Shown piece after piece: positions 26,261-38,219 of a stretch of DNA of 64,000 bases (positions are counted from its first letter, which is position 1; the number at the start of each line of letters is the position of its first letter). Position numbers and translations under genes: made by a program. The DNA comes from Camelus ferus (Eukaryota), in contig NC_045696.1 in assembly GCF_009834535.1 (NCBI RefSeq), forward strand, positions 29,948,001-30,012,000, read 5' to 3'. The notes under the pieces are model-generated. The model had not been told where the DNA came from. It did not search any database and was given only the letters and a program-made list of their open reading frames with translations.

Positions 26261-26989
26261 GTTTAAGGACTTGATAATACAACAGAGTAGGTTAGCATTT
26301 CATTCAGGGAGGACCTCTCCAGTTCTCACCACAGCCCCCTGTACTTCAGGGAGTTCTGGTGACAGAAATTGTGTGGCCTCAAGATGGTGCTTGAGTAGCT
26401 CAAGTTCAGTTGCTCTCTGAAACCTGGTTGTTTCTAGGCAAGTGAGTGAGAAGAATGAAAAATGAGCCCCATGTTCTAGGGAAGTCTTATAACCATGAGC
26501 AGGGACCTGCTAAAGTGTGTGGCAGGTCAGAGTCCATACGTGTTTACGGCACTGTCAAGGGCACGACTTAAACTTTCAGTCCCTGATTTTTGTGGCGAAA
26601 GTACTAACATAAGAGAAAGTAAAATTCTTTTTTTTCTCTTTTAAAAATTGTATTCAGATTTCTATTCAACAATCTTTTTGAGTCTCCTTTTTGTTTATTC
26701 TTTTCTTGATTTCTCACTCTTCCTTCCCTTATCCAGCTTTTCCTTATCATTTGCTCCCTCACTCCATCTGTGGAACTTATATTGGAAGGGGGATTGGTAC
26801 TCATGCATGTGTGTAGCCTGTTTTCTTTGAAAGTTAGAAACGGTACACAAATACTTCCTTACTTATTGTGTTTCCATTTTGATGAAAAATTACCAAGTTT
26901 CCTTAGTTCCCTCTTTCATTGCCTTGTCAACATTGAAGTTTCCAGGAACTCCAGGAATATTGGGTTGCCAATCAACATTGAGTTTCAAA

Positions 26990-27115
26990 GGAAAAATCCG
27001 TTCCAGTTTCAAAAATGGAAGATGTAACATCCTTGAGAAAATGTGAAAGAAGGTGACATCTTTTGAAGGCAATCTTCAAAGAAATTCACAGAGGTGTGTT
27101 TTAGTATTGACAGCA
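26990..27115 (+). mobile_element. MARNA-like ancient mariner transposon remnant
   Basis: 'ggaagatgtaacatccttgagaaaatgtgaaagaaggtg...tgaaggcaatcttcaaaga...tgttttagtattgacagca' resembles the recalled MARNA 3' region. Confidence 0.45.
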
Positions 27116-27139
27116 AAACTGAAGTAATAATTCTTAGTC

Positions 27140-27385
27140 ATCATTAATTAAACACTTACTCTATATTAAGCACTCTTCCAGATTTTCTGTATCAATTAAC
27201 TTTTAATTCTCATAAGACCCATATGAAGATAATGCCACTATTATCCTCATTTTACTGATAAGGCCATTAAGGCACAGAAAGGTTGAGTCAATTTCTCAGG
27301 GTCACACAGCTAGAAAACAGGGAAATAGGATATAAACCTAGGTCATCTGACTCCAGACACCTGCTTTAACAGAATGCTATCCTTA
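27140..27385 (-). mobile_element. MIR SINE (near full length)
   Basis: 'attatcctcattttactgataagg...ggcacagaaaggttgag...gggtcacacagctag...ctgactccaga'. Confidence 0.9.
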
Positions 27386-28645
27386 AGTAAGTTTGTCAAA
27401 TGATGAGTGACTATCGCTCCTCTTCCCAAGATAAAAACTAAAAAGATAAAGTTAAGAAGAAAGCATTTGCTCTAGTCTGTCTCCTTTGTAAATTTCTGGA
27501 ACAGTGTATAGAATAGAGGGTGTGATTTTCATTGATTCATCTACTCTTGGCTCCCACACAGCAGAAGGCATTAGAGGACTCAACAGATTGTTCCCTAATC
27601 ATCCAAATCGGTGTAGTTTCTCATGAATAAAAGTTTGTAATATTTTCAAACTATTTAGAGATTGGCAGCTGGATACACTATTAATTCCTTTTGGAGCATG
27701 CCACTTAAGATGGGCCTTAATGAATTCAGCATTTTATTTTTAATTAAAATACTTAATTCAGGGAGTATTTATTAATAATTCTAACAGCAACAGATGGTCT
27801 GCTTATGTGTTGTAACAATCTTTACCCCAAATCAGTCAAAATAATTAACAAAATGTAAATTATTAAACACTTAAATATGTATTATGTATCATTACCATTC
27901 CCATAACATATCTGAATCTTTCATGAGAAAAAACCTGACAGTGAAACAATAATATATAGAATATTGCATACCAAATGTTCAGAAAACTAGATTCTCTTGT
28001 TTTCTTATATTAAAAATATCATTTGTATTGGTAGCATTTTCAAGCATTCCTGTTCCTGCTGCCTAGAAGTGAAAGTAAAGCCAAAACTAAATAACAGGAA
28101 TTGTTCTTTGGTGAGAACATCACATACAGCACTTTATGAAAGAATGAAGGAATTGCAGCTAGTATTGGACAAGAACCTGAAAGTCCAGGTCTGTCACTGG
28201 TTTTTGTTGGGACTCTGGGAATTGTCCTTATCTTGTCCACTCATCTGCACTTTGCTAGGGCTGCTCCGAACCTTAGTTTCTTTAAAGTGCTTGAGAATTC
28301 TTGGCAGAAAACCACCTCCGGTATATACAGGTTTTTTCCCTCTTTCTCCCTTACTCTTGCCTTCTCATCCCAAACACTTCCTATTGCTTCTAAATCTACC
28401 TCTTTGACTCTGCAAATAATGGTATTGTTTTTATCTTCTTATGTTCTTGGGTCATCAAAGTGAGATACAGTTTTGGAACCCCCTATCTTGGTGATCTCTG
28501 GGTACTTTGTAGTGGAGGCTAGATTTTAACTAAATAATGATACTTAAAGTTACTTTGACTGAAAACTAGAAGACAGAAAATCAGTTCATGGTTGGGGGTG
28601 GGCATAGCTCTAACATGCACCAATTTGGGATAATATGGTCTATCG

Positions 28646-28924
28646 ATCTCTAGGTCCATCAAATGCAGCAAATGGCATTATTTTATTCTTTTTAATGGCT
28701 GAGTAGTATTCCATTGTATAAAAATACCACAGCTTCTTTATCCAATCATCTGTAGGTGGACATTTAGGTTGCTTCCATGTCTTGGCTATTGTATATGGTG
28801 CTGCTATGAACATTGGGGTGCATGTACCTTTTCAAATTAGAGTTCCCTCCAGATATATGCCCAGAATTGGGATTGCTGGATTGCTGTATGGTAAGTCTAT
28901 TGTTTAGTTTTTTGAGGAATCTTC
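28646..28924 (-). mobile_element. Isolated L1 ORF2 C-terminal fragment
   Basis: Reverse complement is homologous to 16870-17190. No poly(A) tail is attached. Confidence 0.92.
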
Positions 28925-29179
28925 TATTAAATATATATAAATAAATATATACATATATATATGTCTGTCTTGGAAATTTTGGGAACCATGCACAGATTCT
29001 GAAAACTGTACTTTACTGTGGAAACAGTGTATGTATACATGGGGATTAAATAATGCCATCTTAATTCAAATAGTATTTGAGTTCAAATTTCAAAATGTAA
29101 TTCAATTCAAGTATTTAAATTCAGTGTTTTGTGCTATTCTTCAGCTATTCTTCAATTTTAATGGTAGCGGTGAAAGGGA

Positions 29180-29510
29180 ACTAAAAGCTCATTTCAACTG
29201 TGTGACTGAATTTTGCTATCTTGAGCAATTGATTGAAATTTTCTAAGCCTTAATTTCCTCACTTGTATACTGAGGATAGAAATAGTACCCACCTGATAGA
29301 TTTGTTGTGACTATTAAGAGGAAAGTCCTTGCTATAGTGACTGGATATGATAAGAGACTATCTATCTAATCCATCTTCCTTTTTTAAAAAAACTGATGAA
29401 GAAACTAAGTTATAGAAAGTTAATTGATTTTTCCTGAATCACTAAATGGTTAGACATGCCAGAAGTAGAAATGACGTATCACGGATACCAGGTCAGGGTT
29501 CATTTAACTA
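29180..29510. mobile_element. Two MIR fragments in opposite orientation
   Basis: Plus copy 'tctaagccttaatttcctcacttgtatactgaggatag...gttgtgactattaa'; minus copy 'ctgatgaagaaactaagttatagaaagttaa'. Confidence 0.7.
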
Positions 29511-31630
29511 GACACTTACGATTTTTATTTGCTGGGAAAGAACATTTATCTCTCAATTTTCAGGTTATGATTTGCTACTAATAGTCACATTTGTGCCCAC
29601 AGGAAGCATCAGCTAATTAGTTTTTGAGAGCATAGCTGCATATTTAAATTATTTTCTTTACAATGTATCAAGAATTATTTTAAAATATTTTTAATTCATA
29701 TTTTTTTCTGGTCAGTTCTAATATTTGCAAATTGTTCCGGTAAATGATGTTTTCAAAAATTTAATTTTGCTCTTTACCTACTATCATTTTTTTGTATTTA
29801 AGTTAAAACTACCAAATAATCACATAAACGATTACTCTATGAGTTTTAACATCTTAACAATTTAGTACCTAAAGGAAACAGATTTTCTTATAGTTTGACC
29901 AAACACACAAATCAGCAAAACCAATTGTGATACTTTATTATAAATGAACAATTCTTTGAATTCTTTAGTCATTGAAAACTTTTGTTTTGCCTTCCGGCAG
30001 CTGTCTTCTCCAGGAACAGCTGTTAATACTCACATATAAAATTTGTCAGGTTCTTTTATAAGCCATATAAACTACAAATGCTGCTTTAAGGGAAGTTTAA
30101 AATTCTACATACATCTATATACCAAATGGTTAAATTGCTTTCAAATTTTTTGGATAGATTGGTAACAGAATTCATGGAAGCAATTTTTTTTTAACGTACT
30201 TAGCTGCATGTCATTCATGTCTTTGTAAAATTCTCTTTTATTTGTGAACCCAAATAATTTCTTCTATGACATGATTTAGCCTAAACTGAGTTATTGAATT
30301 ATGTATATTGTTTAAAGATAAAGCATAGGCAGTTAGAGTTATTATCCAGGATTTTTGACATTGGAGATTATGTATTTACCCGTTAAAAATGCCAATTTAG
30401 TAATGATAATGCATTCTCAGTGTTCAGTGTGTTCCACCATTTTGTTCCCTTCCTGTCACCAAAGTAGAAACACCTGCAGTCCATTCAGGATGGCTGCTGC
30501 AGTCCTGGAACATAATCAGTCACTACTGACCAAGTGACATCTGTGGAGATCTTGAGGCTAGATGGTCCCTGCTGTGTTTGAAGGCAGCCCCTCATTCTGC
30601 GTTTTCTTCTTAGGCTGCTCAGGATGGTTGCTAACTTTGCAAAGCACACATGCAGTTGCCTTGGGGTATCTAGGGCAGCATCATGTCTAGAGGGTTGCAG
30701 ACATTAATTATCAGCCTCTTCTGCTACACATGGTGGCAGAGAAGAGACCTGGGGAGTAAGCAAGCGAGGTACAACTTAAAAGGAAAAAAAATGAAGTGTG
30801 CTCTTTCTGCATATTTAGCATTCTGTCAGCTTCCTGGTCAACAGATTCTGTCAGCTTCCTGGTCTATCAGACCCCCAACTAAAGCAAAGATGCAGATGCT
30901 TGGGGCTGGGCAATCCAAAATTAGAGAATATCTCTAGGGTAGGAGTTTGGCTTTATTAACTACTGTCAAATGTCTGCCTTCTTAAAATCTGTACAAAATC
31001 AAGTACACTGCTTTAAGTTTTACGTAAATAAAGCTCATGGCTGTTAGGATCAGAAATAAGAGGGAGAAAAGGTGGAAACTAAGATCAGTATAAAGAGTTT
31101 AAACTTTTGACAATGAAAGTCCCTTCCCCCTACCAACTGATCAATTTTCTGACAGTTTATGGACTTTTCAGCATTTTCTGTAAGCTAGTTTTTACCAATA
31201 TAAACATGTTTCCTAAAGTGCAAAGTGCAATCTACTTGGTTCAAATTTAATTTAATATTCTTGTTAAAATACCCATACCTAGGTATTTTTTTTCTCTTGC
31301 TTTTATCCATTAATTATTTTAAAATGACTTCATTTATTCCATTAATTCTTAACATGTAGATGTCGGTCTTTTAAATTTTCCTTTTTTATCTAATCATCTC
31401 TCATTTTGTTGACCTTTACTAGTTTTAGTAGCATTTTTGAATACAAATTCTGGGTTCAATTTTTCTTTCAACTCATAAAGAACCTGTGTGCTGCATTAAA
31501 ATCTTTTGCCTTCTATCCATTTAAATGGTCCATCACAAAAGGACCTTGATATTTCCTGGCCATTTAATCCTCATATAAGCACTTACTTAACATTCTCAAA
31601 TTTCTGCATTGACTATATACCTTGATTTTA

Positions 31631-31643
31631 TGTGTGTGTGTGT

Positions 31644-31686
<43 letters not shown>
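31631..31686. repeat. (TG)n microsatellite with one interruption
   Basis: Seen directly. Confidence 0.98.
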
Positions 31687-31689
<3 letters not shown>

Positions 31690-32934
31690 AAACTGACACT
31701 TGTCTTTCTTAAAGAGTTTTTTACATTCTTTAGACCAGATTTGATTACCTACTCTTTCAGGGGAACCTGTGTATCTGGATGCTGAGCAAGGTCTCTGCAC
31801 ATAGTTGATGGTCAGGACATGATTGTTGGGTGAAAAAATGAGTAAGTAGGGCACTTCAATACTTTCCGCATTCTAATTCAAGCCAACAGAGAAAGGTAGA
31901 GATATAATGTTCTTTTAATATGAAACTCACTGAGAAGGATAACAGTGATTATCCAGGAACCCTAAAATAGTGGGGGGTTTGAAAACCCTGGCTGACAATT
32001 TTGCTGACAATTTTGCTAACAATTTTGCCTTGATTGTCTCATGGGAACTAACTCACAGATGGGAGAACTGGCCTTGGATAGAAATCACATGACTCTGTAA
32101 TTTAAGTGTGTGTGATTGTGCTGGCCAGTGGTAATTATACCATATGAGAGCCTTTCTGACAGGGTCTACACAAGCCAGGGAACTTTGGATCCCAGTTTTG
32201 TGTTTTAGGGGGAGGGGCCAGCAGCAGTAGAATTCCTAAGGACACAGAGGCCCAAGATCTGCCAGCCTGGAGTGCTATGGGTATGGTATTAGTGCCTTCA
32301 TTTTCCAGCTGGCACCTGCCATGGGGGAAAGTTAATCAAAGCCCTCTCAGAAATTATATGTAAGTAGGTTTCAGAAGTCTGCCAAGTAAATGCCTCCTGT
32401 AAAGGAAAGTTGGCAACTTGCAGCTTAGTAAAATCAAGAGGAAGCGCCAACCATGCAGAGACAGCACAAGCACAGGTGAAAGTAGGTTATTTAGGGTCTT
32501 ACACAGAAGACCACTGCCTTCATTGCAAAGTGACAAAGTGTCATTCTCTAATACAATTATGCAGAAAACTCATTGTATAGATTCTGTTTTGTGCCTATAA
32601 AAGACAGTCTCTCATTTTTTATTGATAATAAAATCTTCTTTAAGATATTGCATTAACTAGAGACCTCTTGACTTGAGTAAAAATGGAGTCTGGCCCTGGT
32701 TCAGGGTGGGTGTTGGTCCTAGTTTTGGGCTGTGAAATCTAAGGGGATGTTCACTTGAGGCTTCTGGGAAGGTTTATCTTCACTGATAAATCTGTTTTAT
32801 CAGATAAGTGTTGGGGTGGTTTGTTATATCCTAATAGATAACCAGTGATAAATAAAAGAGTACTATATCCCTGGCAAAATATTTTTACCATTTTGAGAAA
32901 ACTTGAAAAGGGAAAATGTTTAAGTTATTCACAT

Positions 32935-33940
32935 TGAAAAGGTCGATTTCAGTCTATCATCTGGTTCCCTTTATATATGAATTCATTTGAAAGGGAAGCA
33001 CACCATCTATCTACCCCTGCATGGATGAAAGGCTGTTCAACACGTGTAGGATGGAACCTGCGTACCCCGCTTTCTCTCCTGTCTGTGTCCAATGGATTTA
33101 GACAGGTTTGCCTTCCGATTTTAGAATACCCCATCTGTCTGTAGTTCCAATCAGTGATGCAACCAGAAACTTGAACAGTGGTATAAAGATTTCTTTTTCC
33201 TCCTCCAGAAAGTTCTTGCCCTTGAGCAGGATTCAGTAGCAGCCTGCAATATTTGAAGCAGTCACCTAGCAGTTGTTTAATGTGGATGACTGTGCCCTGC
33301 AGGCTTCTACAGAAGGAGATGGAGCGGGTTGTCAATTATTTCTGCACTTAGGGCTATGGACTAACAGTATGCTTGAGTGAGGCCAAGGTTACACATCAGC
33401 TGCAACCCCACAGGCAATCGAAGTCAGCCATTAATGGTGAGGAACTGAGATTTCAACAAGGTTGGGTTTCTTTGGTAGGGAGTTCCTAGTAATGCAAACT
33501 TGGACCAGGATATAACAGTTCTTGTTAAGTCAGTGCATCAGCTCGAAAATGAACAGGTAAGGTATGGCAGCAACATGTCATCCAATTATGGTTCAAACTC
33601 CAAGGCCCATGTGTTGTCAGGCCTTTGTGACTCTGAGACCTGCATCTCACTGTCAGCACATGCAAGCTGAGAGTTCTTGCACAGGTTGCTTTCTCTGGAC
33701 ATGAAATCTGGCATGAAATTTACCTTACTGCAATATCATAATATAGCCATTTTGTAAGGTTGAAAACATGAAATACAGGATGGAGTGATTAGGGCATCTA
33801 ATGAGAAGTCCCAGGATCTAACTTAGATACATTAGGATAGTCTATGGTGAACACATTGTTTTTTTAGTTACAGAGTAGAGTGGTGAGGACATCAGTTATA
33901 GATGTTCTATGGGAACTGCTGGTAGCAGGGACACTGATCT
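32935..33940 (+). mobile_element. Ancient RTE-clade LINE (MamRTE1/L4-like) reverse-transcriptase fossil
   Basis: Colinear RTE RT motifs by manual translation across frameshifts: VSNGFRQVC (33085), DATRNLNSGIKISF, VDDCALQAS (33282), MERVVNYF..GYGLTVCLSEAKVTHQ, NANLDQDI, VWQQHVIQLWFKL (33562), VLSGLCDSET, *LGHLMR (33786), FYG (33905). Confidence 0.8.
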
Positions 33941-34551
33941 CACAGATTTTGAGGTTAAATTAGATGCAGGGCAACACACGACAAAGACGTCCACAAGGCA
34001 AAGCCATTTCTTGTAAACATCATTAATTTACCTAACCAAATGAAATCTCTTCACTGAGAAAGCTGTGCTCCTCTGCAGCAGGCTATGGGGTCGTCTCAGT
34101 CCTGTTACTTGGTGTTTCTCCTGGTCCCTCCCATGTCAGACACAGAAAAATTATGGATTTGTGTGTGTGAATAAATCTGATGAAGTGGGAAATACAGGTC
34201 TTTCTACTTTCAGATCCTCCAAACTATCATTTCTCCCTTTCTTGACTAAGAACTCAGTGGAGTGGGTTTAGGGTGTTAGCCATGGTCCTACCAAGGTCTT
34301 AACTGTCTTTTTCTCTCCTTTCTCTCTCCCTCTTCTGCCCTGTTCCTTAGTATCCTTAAAACAAATTTTAACTAACTTTGGTATATGGGAAATAGAGAAG
34401 AGGAAACTGTCTCCAGTGGATTTCTTTTCTTCCAAATTTCTCATTTGGAGAGCCATTGTACAAAAAGGAGTTAAAGGAAATGAAAATCATGGGGAACAAA
34501 AACACACCAATATATTGAAATATTGTTTCCTTGCTTTATCAAATATAGTAG

Positions 34552-35071
34552 TGTTGAGCTGTACTCCGCAGACCTGCGAGCCTTGTAGTTGCCCAGCCTC
34601 AAGACTGAAGAAAAAGCCTGGAGACAGCAACAGAGATGTCAATGTTTTATTGGATAGGGGATCTTACACATCCGAAGCCAAAGGTCCTGGAGTGACCCCC
34701 CCCTGCCCCCACCTCTCCACCCCATGTACAGCAGGCAGAACACAGCAGCAATCTTTCCTACTCAGAGGAGAAAAAGGCTACCATTTATAGGAGAAATTGA
34801 CATTAGGTTGGCTCATTAGTTATCAGGGAAACCAGCAGCTGGGGCACGTCCCTCACAGCCCCTCAGGTTAACGATGACCATCACGAGGGCAGATGGTTCC
34901 CTTTGACAACCAGGTGGAACCATTCTGGCTTAAGGATTAGAACAATCAGTAGCTGGGGCAGGGGGCATGAGCATTCATGTAAATAGAGTGTAGGTAAAGT
35001 AGGGACTGGCTGAGCCAGAGATGTAGAAAGAACAAGAGAATAACCATCTTGAGTGGCTTGACCACCCAACT
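34552..35071 (-). mobile_element. ERV-type solo LTR
   Basis: Ends tgttg / caac. On the minus strand TATAAA (34784-34789) lies about 135 bp upstream of AATAAA (34646-34651). About 520 bp, GC-richer than the flanks. Confidence 0.7.
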
Positions 35072-35187
35072 GGTAAATATACTTTAGGTTTTGAGTTTTT
35101 TCCTTTAGCTACATTCTCACTATTTTTCTTTATGTCTATTTCCTATTTCTGGGTAAGGATCTAGCTTACTCATACTGTATGGGATCA

Positions 35188-35251
35188 GTATTACTCAGGA
35201 TTCTCCAGAAAAATAGAACCAATAGGAGAGATTATGTATCTTTCTATCTAT

Positions 35252-35286
<35 letters not shown>

Positions 35287-35732
35287 CTTACCTGGAAAGA
35301 GAATTATTATAATTATTATAATGAATTAGCCCTCATGATTTTGAAGGCTGAGAAATCCCATGATCTGCCATCTGTGAGCTGTAGACCCAGGAAAGTTGGT
35401 GGTGTAGCTGTGTGGTGCTAGGGCCTGAGAGCTGGAGAGCTGCTGGGTAGGTTCCAGTAGGAACCTGGAGATTTGAGAAGCAGGAGCACTGAGGCAGGGG
35501 AAGACCGATGTCTCAGCTCAACAGTCAGGCAGAGAGTGAATTCAGCCTTACTCTGACTTTTTGTTCTACTCAGGACTCATGTTGATGATGGCCATCTGCT
35601 TTACTCAGTCAACCAATTCAGATGTTAATCTCTTCAAGGAACACCCTCACAGACCCACCAAAGATAATCTTTAATGAAATATCTGGACATCCCATGGCCC
35701 AGTCAAGTTGACACATAAAATTAAATATCACA
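35188..35732 (-). mobile_element. MLT2 (ERVL) solo LTR with internal (TATC)n
   Basis: 'caggattctccagaaaaatagaaccaatagga' through 'ccagtcaagttgacacataaaattaaatatcaca' are canonical antisense MLT2 ends. Confidence 0.92.
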
Positions 35733-36068
35733 GCATGTTACTGGGTCTTCTTTTTTAGTAGTTAGCTTTGGTCTTAACTATTATTGCAGAAAACTGAATC
35801 AGTAAACATTTTTACCTTTTTATTTTCTGGTAGAGGATTCTGATGATCAGTTTTATGTGTTACCTTGAGTAGGCTACAGCCCAGTCTTTACCTATTTAAT
35901 CAAGTATTAATCAAGATTTGCTGTGAAAGTATTTTGTAGATGTGATTAAAGCCCATAATTAGATGACTTAAAAATTTTTTGTTTTTTATTGCGGTATGTT
36001 CAGTTTACAATGTTGTGTCAATTTCTGGTGTACAGCACAATGCTTCAGTCATACATAGATATACATAT

Positions 36069-36392
36069 AATATCCTCATCTTGTATCACTCCTTTAATCA
36101 TTATATAGTGTCCTTCTTTATCTTTATTAATGGCCTTTGTTTTAAAGTCTGTTTTATCTGAAATCAGTATTGCTACTCCTGCTTTCTTGTCATTTCTATT
36201 TTCATGGAATAACTTTTCCCATCCTCTCACTCTCAATCTATGTGTGTCCTTCTCCCTAAAGTGGGTCTCTGGTATGGAGCATATTGTAGGTTCCTGTTTT
36301 ATTATCCAGTCTGCCACTCTGTGTCTTTTGATTGGAGCATTTAGTCCATTGACATTTATGGTAATTATTGATAGATGTGTGTTTATTGCCAT
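36069..36392 (-). pseudogene. L1 ORF2 endonuclease N-terminus (108 codons), truncated
   Basis: MAINTHLSIITINVNGLNAPIKRHRVADWI...AGVAILISDKTDFK...EGHYIMIKG is the L1 APE-type endonuclease N-terminus. Confidence 0.95.
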
Positions 36393-36842
36393 TTTGAGCT
36401 TACTGTTGCAGTTGATTTCGTATTTCCTCTTTGTTCCTTTCTTTTGCTTTTTGTAGTTCGATCATTTTCCTTTGTATTATCTTGGTTTCTTTTTAGTTTT
36501 TGTGACTAGCGTAAGCTTTTGGCTTGTGGTTATCCTGTTTTGTAGGTATATTAACCCATTACTTTATCTGTTTGTTTTAAACTGATAGTAATGTAAGCTC
36601 AAACCCATCCTACTGAGAACAAAGGAAAAAAAGAAAGAAAGGAAGAAAGAAAGAAAAAGAGAAAGAAAGAAAAAGAGAAAGAAAGAAAAGAAATACTCTA
36701 CATTTTCTTGCTCCTCTCTCCCACGCTTAATGATTTAGATGTCCTCTTTCACAGCTTCATGTTTATTCTGTTGTAATTCATTGTAGTTATCACATTTCCA
36801 ATATGGTTTTCTCCTTTCTGTAGCATCCTGTTTCTTTTCTAT

Positions 36843-37733
36843 TTAAAGTAGACCTTTCAGTATTTCTTTTAGCATACGTTTAGTGTTGCTAAATTCTTTT
36901 AGTTTTTGCTTATCTGTGAAGTTCTTTATCTCTCCTTCTATTCTAAAGGATAGCCTTACTAGATAAAGTATCCTAGGCTGCATCTTTTTCTCATCCAGGA
37001 CTTTGGATATATCTTGCCACACCTTTCTGGCCTGCAGTGTTTGTGCAGAGAAATCAGCTGAAAGCCTCATGGAGGTTCCCTTGTAACTAACTCTTTGTTT
37101 CTCTCTTGCTGCCTTTAGAATCATTTATTTATCCTTAACCCTGGCCATCTGGATTATAATACGTCTTGATGTGGTCTGTTTGGGTTCTTCTTGTTTGGGA
37201 CCCATTGTGCTTCCTGTACTTGGAGATCTGATTCCTTCTTTAGGTTTGAGAAGTTTTCAGTCATGACTTCTTCAAATACCTTTTCAATCGCCTTTGCTCT
37301 TTCTTTTCCTTCTGGGACTCCTATTATGTGTAGGTTGGCACAGTTCATATTATCCCATAGGTCCCTGATGTTGTTTTCACTGATTTTTATTTATTTTTTT
37401 CTCAGATGTTCTGATTGAATGACTTCTGTTGTCCTGCCTGCTAAGTCCCTTAGTCATTCCTTTGCATTATCTAGCTTACTTTTTACAGCCTTAAGCTCAG
37501 CTCTCATCTTAGCAAATGAGTTTTCCAATTTTAATTGGCTCCTCTTTGTAGTTTCAATTTCCTTTTTGATGTATTGTGTTTCTATCCACAATTTCTTTTA
37601 GTTTCTTCAGTACTTCGATCAATTCTTTTTTGAAATCATTATTTAGTTGACTATTAAGGTCTATTTCATTGATTGTTCTTTCAGGGGATTTCTCTTGTTC
37701 TTTTAATTGGGAATCGTTCCTCTGCTTCTTCAT
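36843..37733 (-). pseudogene. L1 ORF1 (disrupted)
   Basis: ATG at 37733 (MKKQRNDSQLKEQEKSPE). ORF-track peptides NLHIIGVPEG...ENFSNL (37154-37348) and ILKAAREK...RLSADFS...ILKGLL (36843-37124) are split by frameshifts or stops. Confidence 0.92.
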
Positions 37734-38219
37734 TTTACTTATATCTCTCTGGCACTATGGATTATGGAGTATCAGTTATCTACTGTGGTCCTGAAGGGGT
37801 TTATTTATTTATTTATCAAAAGCAGATGTGGAAATAAAATGAAAAAAATTAAAAGAAAAAAACAGTAAAATCAATAACAGAACAAAACAAAGAGAGATAA
37901 AAATCAAATTGAGACAAATTTTTTAAAAAATTAAAGAAGAAAAAAGATTTGAAAACAGTATAATTGATAACAGAAGAACAAAACAAAGAGAAATAAAAAC
38001 CAAATTAAAACAAATTTTTAAAAATAAAAAATGTAAAAAAAATTTTAAAGGGATTAAAAAATAATAAAAATTAAAAATTAAAAAAGAAAAAGAAAAAAAG
38101 AAAAAATATAGATGTGTTCCTGTGGAGACTGTGCGTTCTTAGTAATTTTGTTGAGAAGTCTTTCTTAAGTATGGGTGGTTGCCAAGTCTTCCTTCCATGC
38201 CTTTTGTCTGTTATCCCTT

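Noticed and set aside
27997..28407. 136-aa ORF
   Set aside because: Non-ATG start (TTG), no recognisable domain and no supporting exon structure.
32949..33335. 128-aa minus-strand ORF
   Set aside because: It is antisense to the RTE fossil; the recognisable motifs are on the plus strand.
34416..34790. 124-aa ORF
   Set aside because: It starts at GTG, runs into the antisense of a solo LTR and has no homology.
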